DNA of 61,988 bases, the filler included, from Nemertoderma westbladi (taxonomy: Eukaryota; Animalia; Xenacoelomorpha): the NCBI GenBank assembly GCA_032718475.1. It is 4 parts of 4 records of this genome, joined end to end, with 100 filler letters (N's around TTAATTAATTAA, not from the genome) between each part and the next. Parts side by side here need not be neighbours in the genome. Positions count along the whole stretch, not along the records: positions 42,823 to 52,502 come from JAUCBJ010004798.1; positions 52,603 to 61,988 come from JAUCBJ010004504.1; 2 more parts are not named here. One strand, 5' to 3'. Position 1 is the first letter of the stretch, and each line of letters starts with the position of its first letter. Under the pieces are notes generated by a model. That model ran no database searches, had not been told where the DNA came from, and saw nothing but the letters and a program-made list of their open reading frames with translations. Below are positions 50,001 through 61,988 of the stretch, piece after piece. The translations under genes were made by a program, and so were the position numbers.

Positions 50001-50937
50001 ATATTAACAGTTGTCTATATAGCCAATGGAACGAAAGGAATTTATATGAACAGTTCTCTATAGCCAATGGAACGAAAGTACTTTATATGAACAGTTGTCT
50101 ATAGCCAATGGAACGAAAGGACTTTATATGAACAGTTCTCTATAACCAATGGAACGAAAGTACTTTATATGAACAGTTCTCTATAGCCAATGGAACGAAA
50201 GGACTTTATATATTAACAGTTGTCTATATAGCCAATGGAACGAAAGGACCTCATATGAACAGTTCTCTATAGCCAATGGAACGAAAGGACCTCATATGAA
50301 CAGTTCTCTATAGCCAATGGAACGAAAGTACTTTATATGAACAGTTGTCTATAGCCAATGGGACGAAAGGACTTTATATATTAACAGTTGTCTATATAGC
50401 CAATGGAACGAAAGTACTTTATATGAACAGTTCTCTATATAGCCAATGGAACGAAAGGACTTTATATGAACAGTTCTCTATAGCCAATGGAACGAAAGGA
50501 CTTTATATATTAACAGTTCTCTATATAGCCAATGGAACGAAAGTACTTTATATGAACAGTTCTCTATAGCCAATGAAACGAAAGTACTTTATATGAACAG
50601 TTGTCTATAGCCAGTGGAACGAAGGGACTTTATATATTAACAGTTCTCTATATAGCCAATGGAACGAAAGGACTTTATATATTAACAGTTCTCTATATAG
50701 CCAATGGAACGAAAGGACTTTATATGAACAGTTCTCTATAACCAATGGAACGAAAGGACTTTATATGAACAGTTCTCTATAGCCAATGGAACAAAAGGAC
50801 TTTATATATTAACAGTTCTCTATATAGCCAATGGAACGAAAGGACTTTATATGAACAGTTCTCTATAGCCAATGGAACGAAAGTACTTTATATGAACAGT
50901 TGTCTATAGCCAATGGGACGAAAGGACTTTATATGAA
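47090..50937. repeat. Satellite, 41/45-bp monomers (gccaatggaacgaaag[g/t]actttatat[g/att]aacagttctctata)
   Basis: Tandem array interrupted by a solo LTR at 47297-48520. Confidence 0.97.
47297..48520. mobile_element. Solo LTR (1224 bp) inserted in the satellite
   Basis: TGT...ACA ends, 5-bp TSD CAGTT (47292-47296, 48521-48525), no coding capacity. Confidence 0.85.
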
Positions 50938-51079
50938 TTTTCAAATGGTGATGGGTATCTGTGCAATTGTCCGTTTGTTAATATTGTTTGTATTTGTTTA
51001 TTTGTGATAGTAATTCTTTATATGAACAGTTCCTTCAGGCCAATGCAACGAAAGCATGCGCCAGAGGGGCCTCGCAAGT

Positions 51080-51144
51080 GTGCTGGGCGGAGTGAGTGAC
51101 GCCTTCAATTCGCCCTCCTCCGGTCCGGGCTCGAGCCCCAGTAT
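51080..51144 (+). other. tRNA-like degenerate sequence (SINE head or tRNA pseudogene)
   Basis: gtgctggg..cccagtat closing stem, A-box-like ggcggagtg, B-box-like gggctcgagccc; no credible anticodon arm. Confidence 0.3.
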
Positions 51145-52502
51145 GATTGGTTGTTATTTTTCGCTATGGAATGTGTTATCATAATATTATATATTTAAAA
51201 CGTGGAAAGATGATACTTGGAAGATATTTTCAGAGATAGTTTTTGCTATATTTTTTATTATCTATAACATGTTACCCTATTATTGTAAAAATGACTTCTA
51301 TAGTAAACATTTTTATTCTTAAATTGTTACTTTTTCTCTCGAATATACCACAAAATCGGGAGGAAAAGTTTCATTTTTTTTTCCTAGGGAAAAAAGTAAT
51401 CAATAGGAATGCATTGATTTTACTTTTTTTCCCGGCAAAAAAGTAAAGTAAAATATTTTTGGTGGAATTTCTTAAATTTCATTACATATATTGAGAGAGC
51501 ATCGACGTAGAAAAGGTTTGCAAGTAATTTGAGTAAAATCCATTCACATACTCAAAAGTTATTGCAACTTTAGTGTCTGCAAGGCGTACTCCAAAACGGA
51601 ACTCAGTATCCAATATTGGTTTATGTAGTTAAGCGGCTCTCTAGTTACGTAATAAGTATTCGAGAACACTAAATTATTTAACATTGAGTAAGGCAGCATC
51701 AGGAGTTGAAGAGTACAATAATATGAATCGCAGTAACTATGGAAGCAATATAGTAAAATACTGCAGTTCAATTTAATATTTGTAACACTACTGTACTGTA
51801 GTATATCGCTGTCTTATTAAAGAATTTAGCAACAAAAAAAGTACCAATTTAAGCATAAAATTACGTACTACATGGGGAAAAATAACGTAGAACATTTTTT
51901 TCTTCAATATCCTCTCGTCCCTTTATTAACCTCGCTGACGCTCGGTAAATATAATGCCTCGAGAATAAGGAAAAAAAATTTCTACTTTTTTTCCCATGTC
52001 ATAAATAATTATTTTATTCTTTTTTGTATATTTTTCTATATATTTTAATTTGGTCTACAACAAAACCATTTGTTCTAGAACCTTTTTTATCATATCACCG
52101 CATAGATGATAGACATACGTATATCATACTACAAAACCTTTATTAACAATCAGAACACGTTCGTGGGGCCTTCGCGCAGCACGAGGTACAGTTATGAGAT
52201 ACAAATTAAAATTAAGCGACTGTATCACAAAATCAGGTTTTGAGAAATTTACCCACACCACCAATCAATCAAAGAAAGGGGGACAGTACGTGTTCACCCC
52301 TTTTAATCCCCCCCCCCCCCCCACCCTTCTCAACCACCAATACATAACCGTGACATCTACCACCCACGGAAGGGTAGAACGAACTTATTTCCAATCGCAC
52401 GTTAAATATGCAAAGCCAGGTGGTGTATATGAATATAATCAACGCCGTACTCGTCTTAATTATTATAAGCGTCGTTCAATCGTTGCGCTCGTCCAGAGTA
52501 AG

Positions 52503-52602
52503 NNNNNNNNNNNNNNNNNNNNNNNNNNNNNNNNNNNNNNNNNNNNTTAATTAATTAANNNNNNNNNNNNNNNNNNNNNNNNNNNNNNNNNNNNNNNNNN
52601 NN
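52503..52602. other. Artificial contig spacer
   Basis: 44 N + TTAATTAATTAA + 44 N. Confidence 0.97.
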
Positions 52603-53315
52603 CTCAAACAGACCGTCCTTAGATTATGTCCTTACGATCAGACATTTCTTGAGGGATGTCTAAGTTGACTGTCATGATTTTGGTTTTCTTGGATTTTACA
52701 AAAAGACCAACACTAGAAGCAACCTGCTCCAATGAGCAGAGGAGCCTTTGGGCTCCCTCTAGTGATTCTGAGAGTACCCCTAAGTCATCAGCAAAGTTTA
52801 GATCAGTAAGGTTCTTTGCTGGATTCCATCTACTTCTTGTGCCAGTAGGCCAGGGGGTGTTACCATCACCCCATCTTTATTAAGATGGTCTAAAGACATG
52901 CGTAGAACATAGTCATCCATAATTACAAATAACAATGGTACGAGTGTATCACGATCACCCTGAATAACTCCCCATAAGACTTCGAATGGATGTGTCACCA
53001 TCAGCAGTAGAAAGAATTGTGGTGGAACTGATTAATGCAATAATTTCCGTATACTGCAAGTATGCTGAACATACTTGATCGGGAGATTGAGTCGAAAGCC
53101 TTAAAGAAGTTAAACAAAGATTAAATAGCCAGTTGTCTGTCTTTCTTTGTTGATAACTCTTTGATTATCCTTCTAAGTGCCAGAATAGTCTCCATGGTCC
53201 CACGACCTTTGCGGAACCCATTTTGGTTTCCACCTAACAGTCTCTCAACAGGATCCCTGATTCGATTTAATAAAATTATGTTGTATAGCTGTGCAGCAAT
53301 CGAGATTAACGAAAT
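52603..53315 (-). pseudogene. Degraded RTE-clade RT fragment
   Basis: Minus-strand QNGFRKGR.T...ILALRRI, FKAFDS, GVIQGD, LTDLNFADD, VGL...KTKIM across frameshifts. Confidence 0.8.
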
Positions 53316-53333
53316 TCAACGAAAAGATCCACG

Positions 53334-54551
53334 GGTTCTAGAACTGCGTTTTAAAATTGCTTCCAAAAATGCGTTCTAAAACCGCTTCCTGGAACTGCGT
53401 TCTAAAACTGCGGTTTTTTACTGCGTTCTAAACCTGTTAACTAAAACTGCGTTCTAAAACTGTGTTCTAAAACTGTGTTCTGGAAATAGTTACCTATTTA
53501 TTAAATTAAAATTACTGGTCTAGAACTGCGTTCTAAAACTGTGTTTTAGAGCTGCGTTCTAGAACTGTATTCTAGAATGCGTTCTAAAACTGTGTTCTAG
53601 AATGCGTTCTAAAACTGTGTTTTAGAGCTGCGTTCTAGAACTGTGTTCTAAACCTGTGTTCTAGAATGCGTTCTAAAACTGTGTTTTAGAGCTGCGTTCT
53701 AGAACTGTGGTCTAATACCTATTTATTAAATTAAAATTACTGGTCTAGAACTGCGTTCTAAAACTGTGTTTTAGAGCTGCGTTCTAGAACTGTGTTCTAG
53801 AATGCGTTCTAAAACTGTGTTCTAGAATGCGTTCTAAAACTGTGTTTTAGAGCTGCGTTCTAGAACTGTGTTCTAAACCTGTGTTCTAGAATGCGTTCTA
53901 AAACTGTGTTTTAGAGCTGCGTTCTAGAACTGTGGTCTAAACCTGTGTTCTAGAATGCGTTCTAAATCTGTGTTTTAGAGCTGCGTTCTAGAACTGTGGT
54001 CTAAACTTGTGTTCTAGAATGCGTTCTAAAACTGTGTTTTAGAGCTGCGTTCTAGAACTGTGGTCTAAACCTGTGTTCTAGAATGCGTTCTAAAACTGTG
54101 TTTTATAGCTGCGTTCTAGAACTGTTTTCTAAACCTGTGTTCTAGAATGCGTTCTAAAACTGTGTTTTAGAGCTGCGTTCTAGAACTGTGGTCTTAACCT
54201 GTGTTCTAGAATGCGTTCTAAATCTGTGTTTTAGAGCTGCGTTCTAGAACTGTGGTCTAAACCTGTGTTCTAGAATGCGTTCTAAAACTGTGTTTTAGAG
54301 CTGCGTTCTAGAACTGTGGTCTAAACCTGTGTTCTAGAATGCGTTCTAAAACTGTGTTTTAGAGCTGCGTTCTAGAACTGTGGTCTAAACCTGTGTTCTA
54401 GAATGCGTTCTAAAACTGTGTTTTAGAGCTGCGTTTTAGAACTGTGTTCTAGAATGCGTTCTAAAACTGTGTTCTAGAACTGCGTTCTAAAACTGTGTTC
54501 TAAATCTGCGTTCTAATACTGTGTTTTCAAACTGTGTTCAAAACTGTGTTG
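53334..54551. repeat. Satellite, 12-13-bp monomers forming a 64-bp five-unit higher-order repeat, rich in TTCTAGAA
   Basis: aacctgtgttcta-gaatgcgttcta-aaactgtgtttta-gagctgcgttcta-gaactgtggtcta. Confidence 0.95.
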
Positions 54552-55653
54552 GACAGTTTGCCTTGAAAAAAGACAGTTTTGCGGATTTCTGGACGTCCGG
54601 GCATCCAAGTTCCTTGACATCCGGACAACTTTGGAACGGACAAATAGGCAGACAGACAAGTTTACTGGACGCCCAGATTTGCAGACATTCAGGCAGCGAG
54701 AAAGTTTAGTGTGAATTGTATTTATTTAGAATTTTCACTAAAATAAGTAACAAATGAGTAACTGTAATGTATTGACTAAAATGAGTAACTAATCCCAGTT
54801 ACAGATCGGTTCTCCTACTCTTAGACTGTGGCTGTGATACTTGTTCTAGCGTGAAGTTATCCGCAGATTCCAAATGAAATATACTAACAGTTTTAAAATA
54901 TATTTTGTAGTTCTGGATATATTGGGTCTAAACACATCGTCTTTGACATAAATTGAGAAATGAATTGAAAAGATAAGAATTGATTAATTTATTGGCAATG
55001 TCAACTATCATTCGCGAGTCACCAGTACACATTGACATTTCAACATTGTAGAAACTCATCTCTATACAGTGTGTGTGGTATTAGCGGCGTCGGTAGAGCT
55101 TCTTCGTGGTAGTCTGTCCTAAAAATAGATCAAATAATTATTTAATAGTAGTAGTTACTAGTAATAGTGTATTAACTGATAGTGTTAGTGTTAAAACTTG
55201 AGTATAATTTACACAATATAATTTACAATTATCTCCCCAAAAAGCAGCACTAATAATAGTTGTTATCCGAATCTCTTCAACCGTTTTATTAAAACGCCGT
55301 CATCCAAACATTCTTACTCAGTAACAAATTATATTTGAATTTAATCCAGACCACCTAAATGAATCTCAATGACACAAAAATGTAATGTCAATGGCACAAA
55401 AAAACACAAAAATGAGTAATTGGCTAATTAAGTAAGAATGGAAGGCGGTGGGGGGGGGGGGGGGGGGGGTAGTTTAGTAGATAATTAATTTTAGTAAAAA
55501 AATAAAATTTATTGATTAAAAGATATTGTTCATTATAAAACAATACTTAACTCGCGTTTTTATTACAGAGTTTTTTAGCTCATTTGAAAGCCACACATTT
55601 CAGCATTATAAATATGTACTGTAAATAAATCTTAATAAAACTCAAGCGAAGTC

Positions 55654-58456
55654 AAACTGGTCTAATTGGATCTGGAAACTGGTCTAATTGAATCTGGAAA
55701 CTGGTCTAATTGAATCTGGAAACTGGTCTAATTAATCTGGAAACTGGTCTAATTAATCTGGAAACTGGTCTAATTGAATCTGGAAACTGGTCTAATTGAA
55801 TCTGGAAACTGGTCTAATTGAATCTGGAAACTGGTCTAATTAATCTGGAAACTGGTCTAATTAATCTGGAAACTGGTCTAATTGAATCTGGAAACTGGTC
55901 TGATTGAATCTGGAAACTGGTCTAATTGAATCTGGAAACTGGTCTAATTGAATCTGGAAACTGGTCTAATTGAATCTGTAAAATGGTCTAATTAAATCTG
56001 GAAACTGGTCTAATTAAATCTGGAAACTGGTCTAATTGAATCTGGAAACTGGTCTAATTGAATCTGGAAACTGGTCTAATTGAATCTGGAAACTGGTCTA
56101 ATTGAATCTGGAAACTGGTCCAATTGAATCTGGAAACTGGTCTAATTGAATCTGGAAACTGGTCTAATTGAATCTGGAAACTGGTCTAATTGAATCTGGA
56201 AACTGGTCTAATTGAATCTGGAAACTGGTCTAATTGAATATGGAAACTGGTCCAATTGAATCTGGAAACTGGTCTAATTGAATCTGGAAACTGGTCTAAT
56301 TGAATCTGGAAACTGGTCTAATTGAATCTGGAAACTGGTCTAATTGAATCTGGAAACTGGTCTAATTGAATCTGGAAACTGGTCTAATTGAATCTGGAAA
56401 CTGGTCTAATTTAATCTGGAAACTGGTCTAATTGAATCTGGAAACTGGTCTAATTGAATCTGGAAACTGGTCTAATTGAATCTGGAAACTGGTCTAATTG
56501 AATCTGGAAACTGGTCTAATTGAATCTGGAAACTGGTCTAATTGAATCTGGAAACTGGTCTAATTGAATCTGGAAACTGGTCTAATTGAATCTGGAAACT
56601 GGTCTAATTGAATCTGGAAACTGGTCTAATTGAATCTGGAAACTGGTCTAATTGAATCTGGAAACTGGTCTAATTGAATCTGGAAACTGGTCTAATTGAA
56701 TCTGGAAACTGGTCTAATTGAATCTGAAACTGGTCTAATTGAATCTGGAAACTGGTCTAATTGAATCTGAAACTGGTCTAATTGAATCTGGAAACTGGTC
56801 TAATTGAATCTGGAAACTGGTCTAATTGAATCTGGAAACTGGTCTAATTGAATCTGGAAACTGGTCTAATTGAATCTGGAAACTGGTCTAATTGAATCTG
56901 GAAACTGGTCTAATTGAATCTGGAAACTGGTCTAATTGAATCTGGAAACTGGTCTAATTGAATCTGGAAACTGGTCTAATTAATCTGGAAACTGGTCTAA
57001 TTGAATCTGGAAACTGGTCTGATTGAATCTGGAAACTGGTCTGATTGAATCTGGAAACTGGTCTGATTGAATCTGGAAACTGGTCTAATTGAATCTGTAA
57101 AATGGTCTAATTGAATCTGGAAACTGGTCTAATTGAATCTGGAAACTGGTCTAATTGAATCTGGAAACTGGTCTAATTGAATCTGGAAACTGGTCTAATT
57201 GAATCTGGAAACTGGTCTAATTGAATCTGGAAACTGGTCTAATTGAATCTGGAAACTGGTCTAATTGAATCTGGAAACTGGTCTAATTGAATCTGGAAAC
57301 TGGTCTAATTGAATCTGGAAACTGGTCTAATTGAATCTGGAAACTGGTCTAATTGAATCTGGAAACTGGTCTAATTGAATCTGGAAACTGGTCTAATTGA
57401 ATCTGGAAACTGGTCTAATTGAATCTGGAAACTGGTCTAATTGAATCTGGAAACTGGTCTAATTGAATCTGGAAACTGGTCTAATTGAATCTGGAAACTG
57501 GTCTAATTGAATCTGGAAACTGGTCTAATTGAATCTGGAAACTGGTCTAATTGAATCTGGAAACTGGTCTAATTGAATCTGGAAACTGGTCTAATTGAAT
57601 CTGGAAACTGGTCTAATTGAATCTGGAAACTGGTCTAATTGAATCTGGAAACTGGTCTAATTTAATCTGGAAACTGGTCTAATTGAATCTGGAAACTGGT
57701 CTAATTGAATCTGGAAACTGGTCTAATTGAATCTGGAAACTGGTCTAATTGAATCTGGAAACTGGTCTAATTGAATCTGGAAACTGGTCTAATTGAATCT
57801 GGAAACTGGTCTAATTGAATCTGGAAACTGGTCTAATTAAATCTGGAAACTGGTCTAATTAAATCTGGAAACTGGTCTAATTGAATCTGGAAACTGGTCT
57901 AATTGAATCTGGAAACTGGTCTAATTGAATCTGGAAACTGGTCTAATTAAATCTGGAAACTGGTCTAATTAAATCTGGAAACTGGTCTAATTGAATCTGG
58001 AAACTGGTCTAATTGAATCTGGAAACTGGTCTAATTGAATCTGGAAACTGGTCTAATTGAATCTGGAAACTGGTCTAATTGAATCTGGAAACTGGTCTAA
58101 TTGAATCTGGAAACTGGTCTAATTAAATCTGGAAACTGGTCTAATTGAATCTGGAAACTGGTCTAATTGAATCTGTAAAATGGTCTAATTGAATCTGGAA
58201 ACTGGTCTAATTGAATCTGGAAACTGGTCTAATTGAATCTGGAAACTGGTCTAATTGAATCTGGAAACTGGTCTAATTGAATCTGGAAACTGGTCTAATT
58301 GAATCTGGAAACTGGTCTAATTGAATCTGGAAACTGGTCTAATTGAATCTGGAAACTGGTCTAATTAAATCTGGAAACTGGTCTAATTGAATCTGGAAAC
58401 TGGTCTAATTAAATCTGGAAACTGGTCTAATTGAATCTGGAAACTGATGTAATTGA
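55654..58456. repeat. Highly homogeneous 22-bp minisatellite (ttgaatctggaaactggtctaa), roughly 125 copies
   Basis: Direct tandem repetition. Confidence 0.98.
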
Positions 58457-59198
58457 CACTGGGGATTATATAAAGTAACATTGTGTTGTTAATTACGTGA
58501 CGCCGCGCGTCACATTTACTATCAGTTTATGTGAATAGAAGGTCAATATATCATATCGATCTGGAATTTTTGTTATGAAGCAAGTGTAGTTATCATATTG
58601 CGACATTAACAACGATGTAACTGAGTTGTTAGCTGAACGGATTATAAACAACCGATATTTTAATCTTATAGATAAACAATTTCGATTTTCTAATTATTAT
58701 TGTTTAATAAATAAAATGTTTTACCAATTTATTGGCAACTATATCATTCCGCCTCGGTTCGCTAAATCTAAAGTAATAAAATAAAATCAGCAATAAGTTT
58801 GGCGTCTGTCTGTCTAGTGATTATCACATATTCGTTCGTTCGAGATTTTGTTGTCAAATTCTAAAAAACAAAACATAAATTTATTTTATCTGAATGGCCA
58901 GTTTATTTTTTTTTTTTTTTTAACAATATAGAAAGTTACAGTTACAGACTACAAATGATCAGCGTAAACAACAACAGCAGATTGGAAATACAATTTAAGT
59001 TTCAGTTCCAAATAACCAACATAAAGCGATCAATATTTAATAAAGTTCAATACAAGTAAATGTCCAATTATATTGAGTTTATGGCTTTAGTAGTTGAAAA
59101 CTTAATACAAAAATAACATAACCAACAAAGTAAACCAGGAATTTAACATAAAGTAGCACATATTCTAGAACATTGCAACCGAATGAGTTGGAGGTTTC

Positions 59199-61352
59199 TT
59201 AGTCAACTTCTTCCATCTTGGAAGCGTCGTCGTCTTCGCCTTCAAGAGGCGGAACGTCTCCGACAGGGACGTCGTCCATAACATCGGCTGCGGATTCATC
59301 GTCGTCGATACCGAGACCGAGCTTTATCATCCGGTAGATTCGAGCCGAGTGAACCTGGGGATCCTCGAGAGAGAACCCCGAACTCAGCAGCGCGGTCTCG
59401 TACAACAACAGAACCAAATCCTTAACGGATTTATCGTTCTTGTCGACGGCGACCTTGGCCCTGAGGGTGTCGATTACGGGATGGTCCGGGTTGATCTCGA
59501 GGTGTTTCTTGGCCGCCATGTAGCCCATAGTGGAGGAGTCGCGAAGGGCCTGGGCCTTCATGATCCTCTCCATGTTGGCGCTCCAGCCGTACTGCGAGGT
59601 CACTATGCAGCACGGGGAGGAAACCAAACGGTTGGAAACAACAACCTTCTCCACTTTCTTATCGAGGATATCCTTAATAACCTTACAGAGACTCTCGAAC
59701 TTCGCTTTATCTTCCTCTTTCTTCTTCTTCTCGGCGTCGTCTTCCGGTAACTCTAGACCTTCCTTAGTGACGCTGACTAACTTCTTACCATCGTAATCCT
59801 TCATCTGCTGAACGACGTACTCGTCGATGGGGTCTATCAGGTAGAGGACCTCGAAGCCGCGCTTCCTGACCCGCTCGACGAACGCGGAGTTGGCCACCTG
59901 CTCTTTGGTCTCCCCGGTAACGAAGTAAATATCCGTCTGGTTCTCCTTCATCCGACCGACGTAATCCTTTAACGACGTCATCTCGTCGCCGGAAGTCGAC
60001 GTGTAGTAGCGGAGTAAGTCGCTAATCTTCTTCCGGTTGGTGGAATCCTCGTGGATTCCGAGCTTGATGTTCTTAGAGAACTGCTCGTAGAACTTCTTAA
60101 ACATATCCTTATCCTCAGCGATCTCGCCCATCAACTCGAGACATTTCTTGACGAGGTTCTTCCGGATAACCTTTAGGATTTTGTTCTGTTGGAGTGTCTC
60201 CCGGCTGATGTTGAGCGGCAGATCCTCCGAGTCTACGACGCCCTTGACGAAGTTGAGGTAATCCGGGATGATCTCCTCGCAGTTGTCCATGATGAAGACG
60301 CGACGGACGTACAACTTAATGTTGTTCTTCGTCTTCCGGTTCTCGAACATATCGAAGGGCGCGCGTTTCGGGATAAAGAGAAGCGATTTGAACTCGAGTT
60401 GGCCTTCAACCGAGAAATGTTTAACGGCTAGATGTTCCTCCCAGTCGTTGGTTAAACTCTTGTAGAACTCTCCGTACTCCTCGGATGTTATGTCGTCCGC
60501 ATTCCTCGTCCAGATCGGTTTCGCTTTATTCAACTCCTCGTCCTCAGTATATTTCTCTTTAATCGTCTTCTTCTTCTTCTTCGCTACCTTCTTCTCTTCC
60601 TCGTCTTCATCGATCTCCTCAACCTTCGGTTTATCCTCATCGGAACCCTCGGCTTCCTCCTTCTTATCTTCTTCCTCCTCTCCTTCGTCGTCGCTTATCT
60701 CGCGATCTCTCTCCTTCTCAACCAGCAGTTTAATCGGATACCCAATAAACTGGCTGTGTTTCTTCACGATGTCTTTAATCTTCTTCTCCTCTAGGTAGTC
60801 GGTTTGGTCCTCCTTCATGTGGAGGACGATCCTCGTACCGCGAGCCAACGAGTCGTCGACAGCCGACCGGACCGTGAAGGAACCCCCCGCCGACGACTCC
60901 CAGATGTAGCCCTCGTCATCGTTGTGCTTCGAATAAACCACGACTTTATCGGCCACCAGATAGGCCGAATAGAAACCGACTCCGAACTGGCCGATCATGG
61001 ATATATCGGCCCCAGCCTGGAGGGCTTCCATGAACGCTTTGGTCCCGGACTTGGCTATGGTTCCCAAGTTATTGACGAGGTCAGCTTTAGTCATCCCGAA
61101 GCCGGTATCCTCTATAGTTAGCGTTTTGGCACTTTTATCAGGAATAAGTCGAATTCTAAGATCTTTTCCAGATTCGAGTTTCGTGGGATCTGTGAGACTT
61201 TCATAGCGAATCTTATCCAGAGCATCGGATGAGTTGGAAATGAGTTCGCGAATAAATATTTCCTTATTCGAGTAGAATGTGTTGATGATTAAACTCAGGA
61301 GCTGCGCAATTTCTGCTTGAAATGCGAAGGTTTCTACTTCCGAATCAGCCAT
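59199..61352 (-). CDS. hsp90: Cytosolic heat shock protein 90, coding region intronless
   Basis: [76 protein letters not shown]-terminal MEEVD. Start at ATG 61352 or 61367, not the TTG at 61442. Confidence 0.98.
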   Translation of the reverse strand: MADSEVETFAFQAEIAQLLSLIINTFYSNKEIFIRELISNSSDALDKIRYESLTDPTKLESGKDLRIRLIPDKSAKTLTIEDTGFGMTKADLVNNLGTIAKSGTKAFMEALQAGADISMIGQFGVGFYSAYLVADKVVVYSKHNDDEGYIWESSAGGSFTVRSAVDDSLARGTRIVLHMKEDQTDYLEEKKIKDIVKKHSQFIGYPIKLLVEKERDREISDDEGEEEEDKKEEAEGSDEDKPKVEEIDEDEEEKKVAKKKKKTIKEKYTEDEELNKAKPIWTRNADDITSEEYGEFYKSLTNDWEEHLAVKHFSVEGQLEFKSLLFIPKRAPFDMFENRKTKNNIKLYVRRVFIMDNCEEIIPDYLNFVKGVVDSEDLPLNISRETLQQNKILKVIRKNLVKKCLELMGEIAEDKDMFKKFYEQFSKNIKLGIHEDSTNRKKISDLLRYYTSTSGDEMTSLKDYVGRMKENQTDIYFVTGETKEQVANSAFVERVRKRGFEVLYLIDPIDEYVVQQMKDYDGKKLVSVTKEGLELPEDDAEKKKKEEDKAKFESLCKVIKDILDKKVEKVVVSNRLVSSPCCIVTSQYGWSANMERIMKAQALRDSSTMGYMAAKKHLEINPDHPVIDTLRAKVAVDKNDKSVKDLVLLLYETALLSSGFSLEDPQVHSARIYRMIKLGLGIDDDESAADVMDDVPVGDVPPLEGEDDDASKMEEVD

Positions 61353-61501
61353 AATGTTTTCTTGCATTACCGTTAGTTGTTTAATTGAGTTTTTAATGAA
61401 CTGAAAGCCACAAATACAATGTAAAGTTAAAATTTCTAACAAAACGTAATAAACACACGGTCAATTCGATTTGAAGAATGAATAATACAATTTAGCTACT
61501 C

Positions 61502-61557
61502 TTTATATATCAGTACCGGTATTCGTTTGAATAGAACAATCTAGATTGTTCGAGATG
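61502..61557 (-). promoter_or_regulatory. hsp90 promoter: TATA box and heat-shock element
   Basis: TATATAAA (61502-61509); perfect 18-bp palindrome GAACAATCTAGATTGTTC (61534-61551) forming alternating nGAAn/nTTCn units. Confidence 0.85.
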
Positions 61558-61930
61558 CTAGCACACCTCATAGATAAGAACCAATTAGATTGCGAGTTGC
61601 ATGGGGTGATTACTATTCGCCATCTCGCGGAATTATCCGAACTAATTATCTATTTTACAAAACTAAAGTTTTAATTGTCCGACTTTTATGTAGTAAAGCG
61701 ACGTTTAATTGCATATTCTTACATGGTTACATGAACGGAATAGTCAGGAGCGGCGCTAGACCGAAACAAGAGGTGGGGTGTAAGTTATTTAGCACTGACT
61801 GAAAATTGAAATTGCACCGACTCAAATTGGAACGGTTCAAATGTGCATGTATTAGTAATAATTTATATAATAAAAAATAATGCGATGAGATATCGCACTG
61901 CTGCCTGTGGGTTTTCGTCTCTTCATTTAG

Positions 61931-61982
61931 AGTACTCTGCGTTGATACCACTGCTTAAGCAGTGGTATCAACGCAGAGTACT
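61931..61982. other. Back-to-back SMART-type amplification adapter (library artefact)
   Basis: AAGCAGTGGTATCAACGCAGAGTACT preceded by its reverse complement. Confidence 0.97.
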
Positions 61983-61988
61983 GCACTA

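Noticed and set aside
55654-58456. 22-bp minisatellite as an HSE array or CRISPR
   Set aside because: Only ATCtgGAA with a mismatch and no third unit; no spacers
58906-61352. hsp90 as a processed retrocopy (intronless, downstream A-tract)
   Set aside because: It retains its TATA and HSE promoter and an intact ORF; no TSD or adjacent poly(A) signal seen

Overview
Eukaryotic (metazoan, probably small invertebrate) repeat-rich DNA made of four contigs joined by artificial N/TTAATTAATTAA spacers (27490-27589, 42723-42822, 52503-52602), with a library-adapter chimera at the far end. Contig 1 holds a near-intact two-ORF LINE, a BEL/Pao LTR element (7742-19045, TSD CCTGT) nested in the gag of a second BEL/Pao element, a 34/35-bp satellite and two host exons (TSP1, F5/8-C-like). 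Contigs 2-4 hold a probable Maverick/Polinton end, relics of Penelope, Helitron, RTE, IS3EU-like, BEL, RTEX-like and Helentron-type elements, a 28S rRNA fragment, a solo LTR, three more satellites and an intact cytosolic hsp90 with HSE and TATA. The best novelty candidate is the inner BEL/Pao element. It lacks RT and carries an unknown Zn-knuckle-containing cargo ORF. It has at least nine dispersed copies of a GNRA-capped RNA hairpin, three with a loop-E motif. Its two LTRs differ by a swapped central cassette bounded by that hairpin. It has no tRNA PBS, but the PBS position is perfectly complementary (12 nt) to its own LTR, suggesting self-priming. All calls were made by eye, with no searches run.
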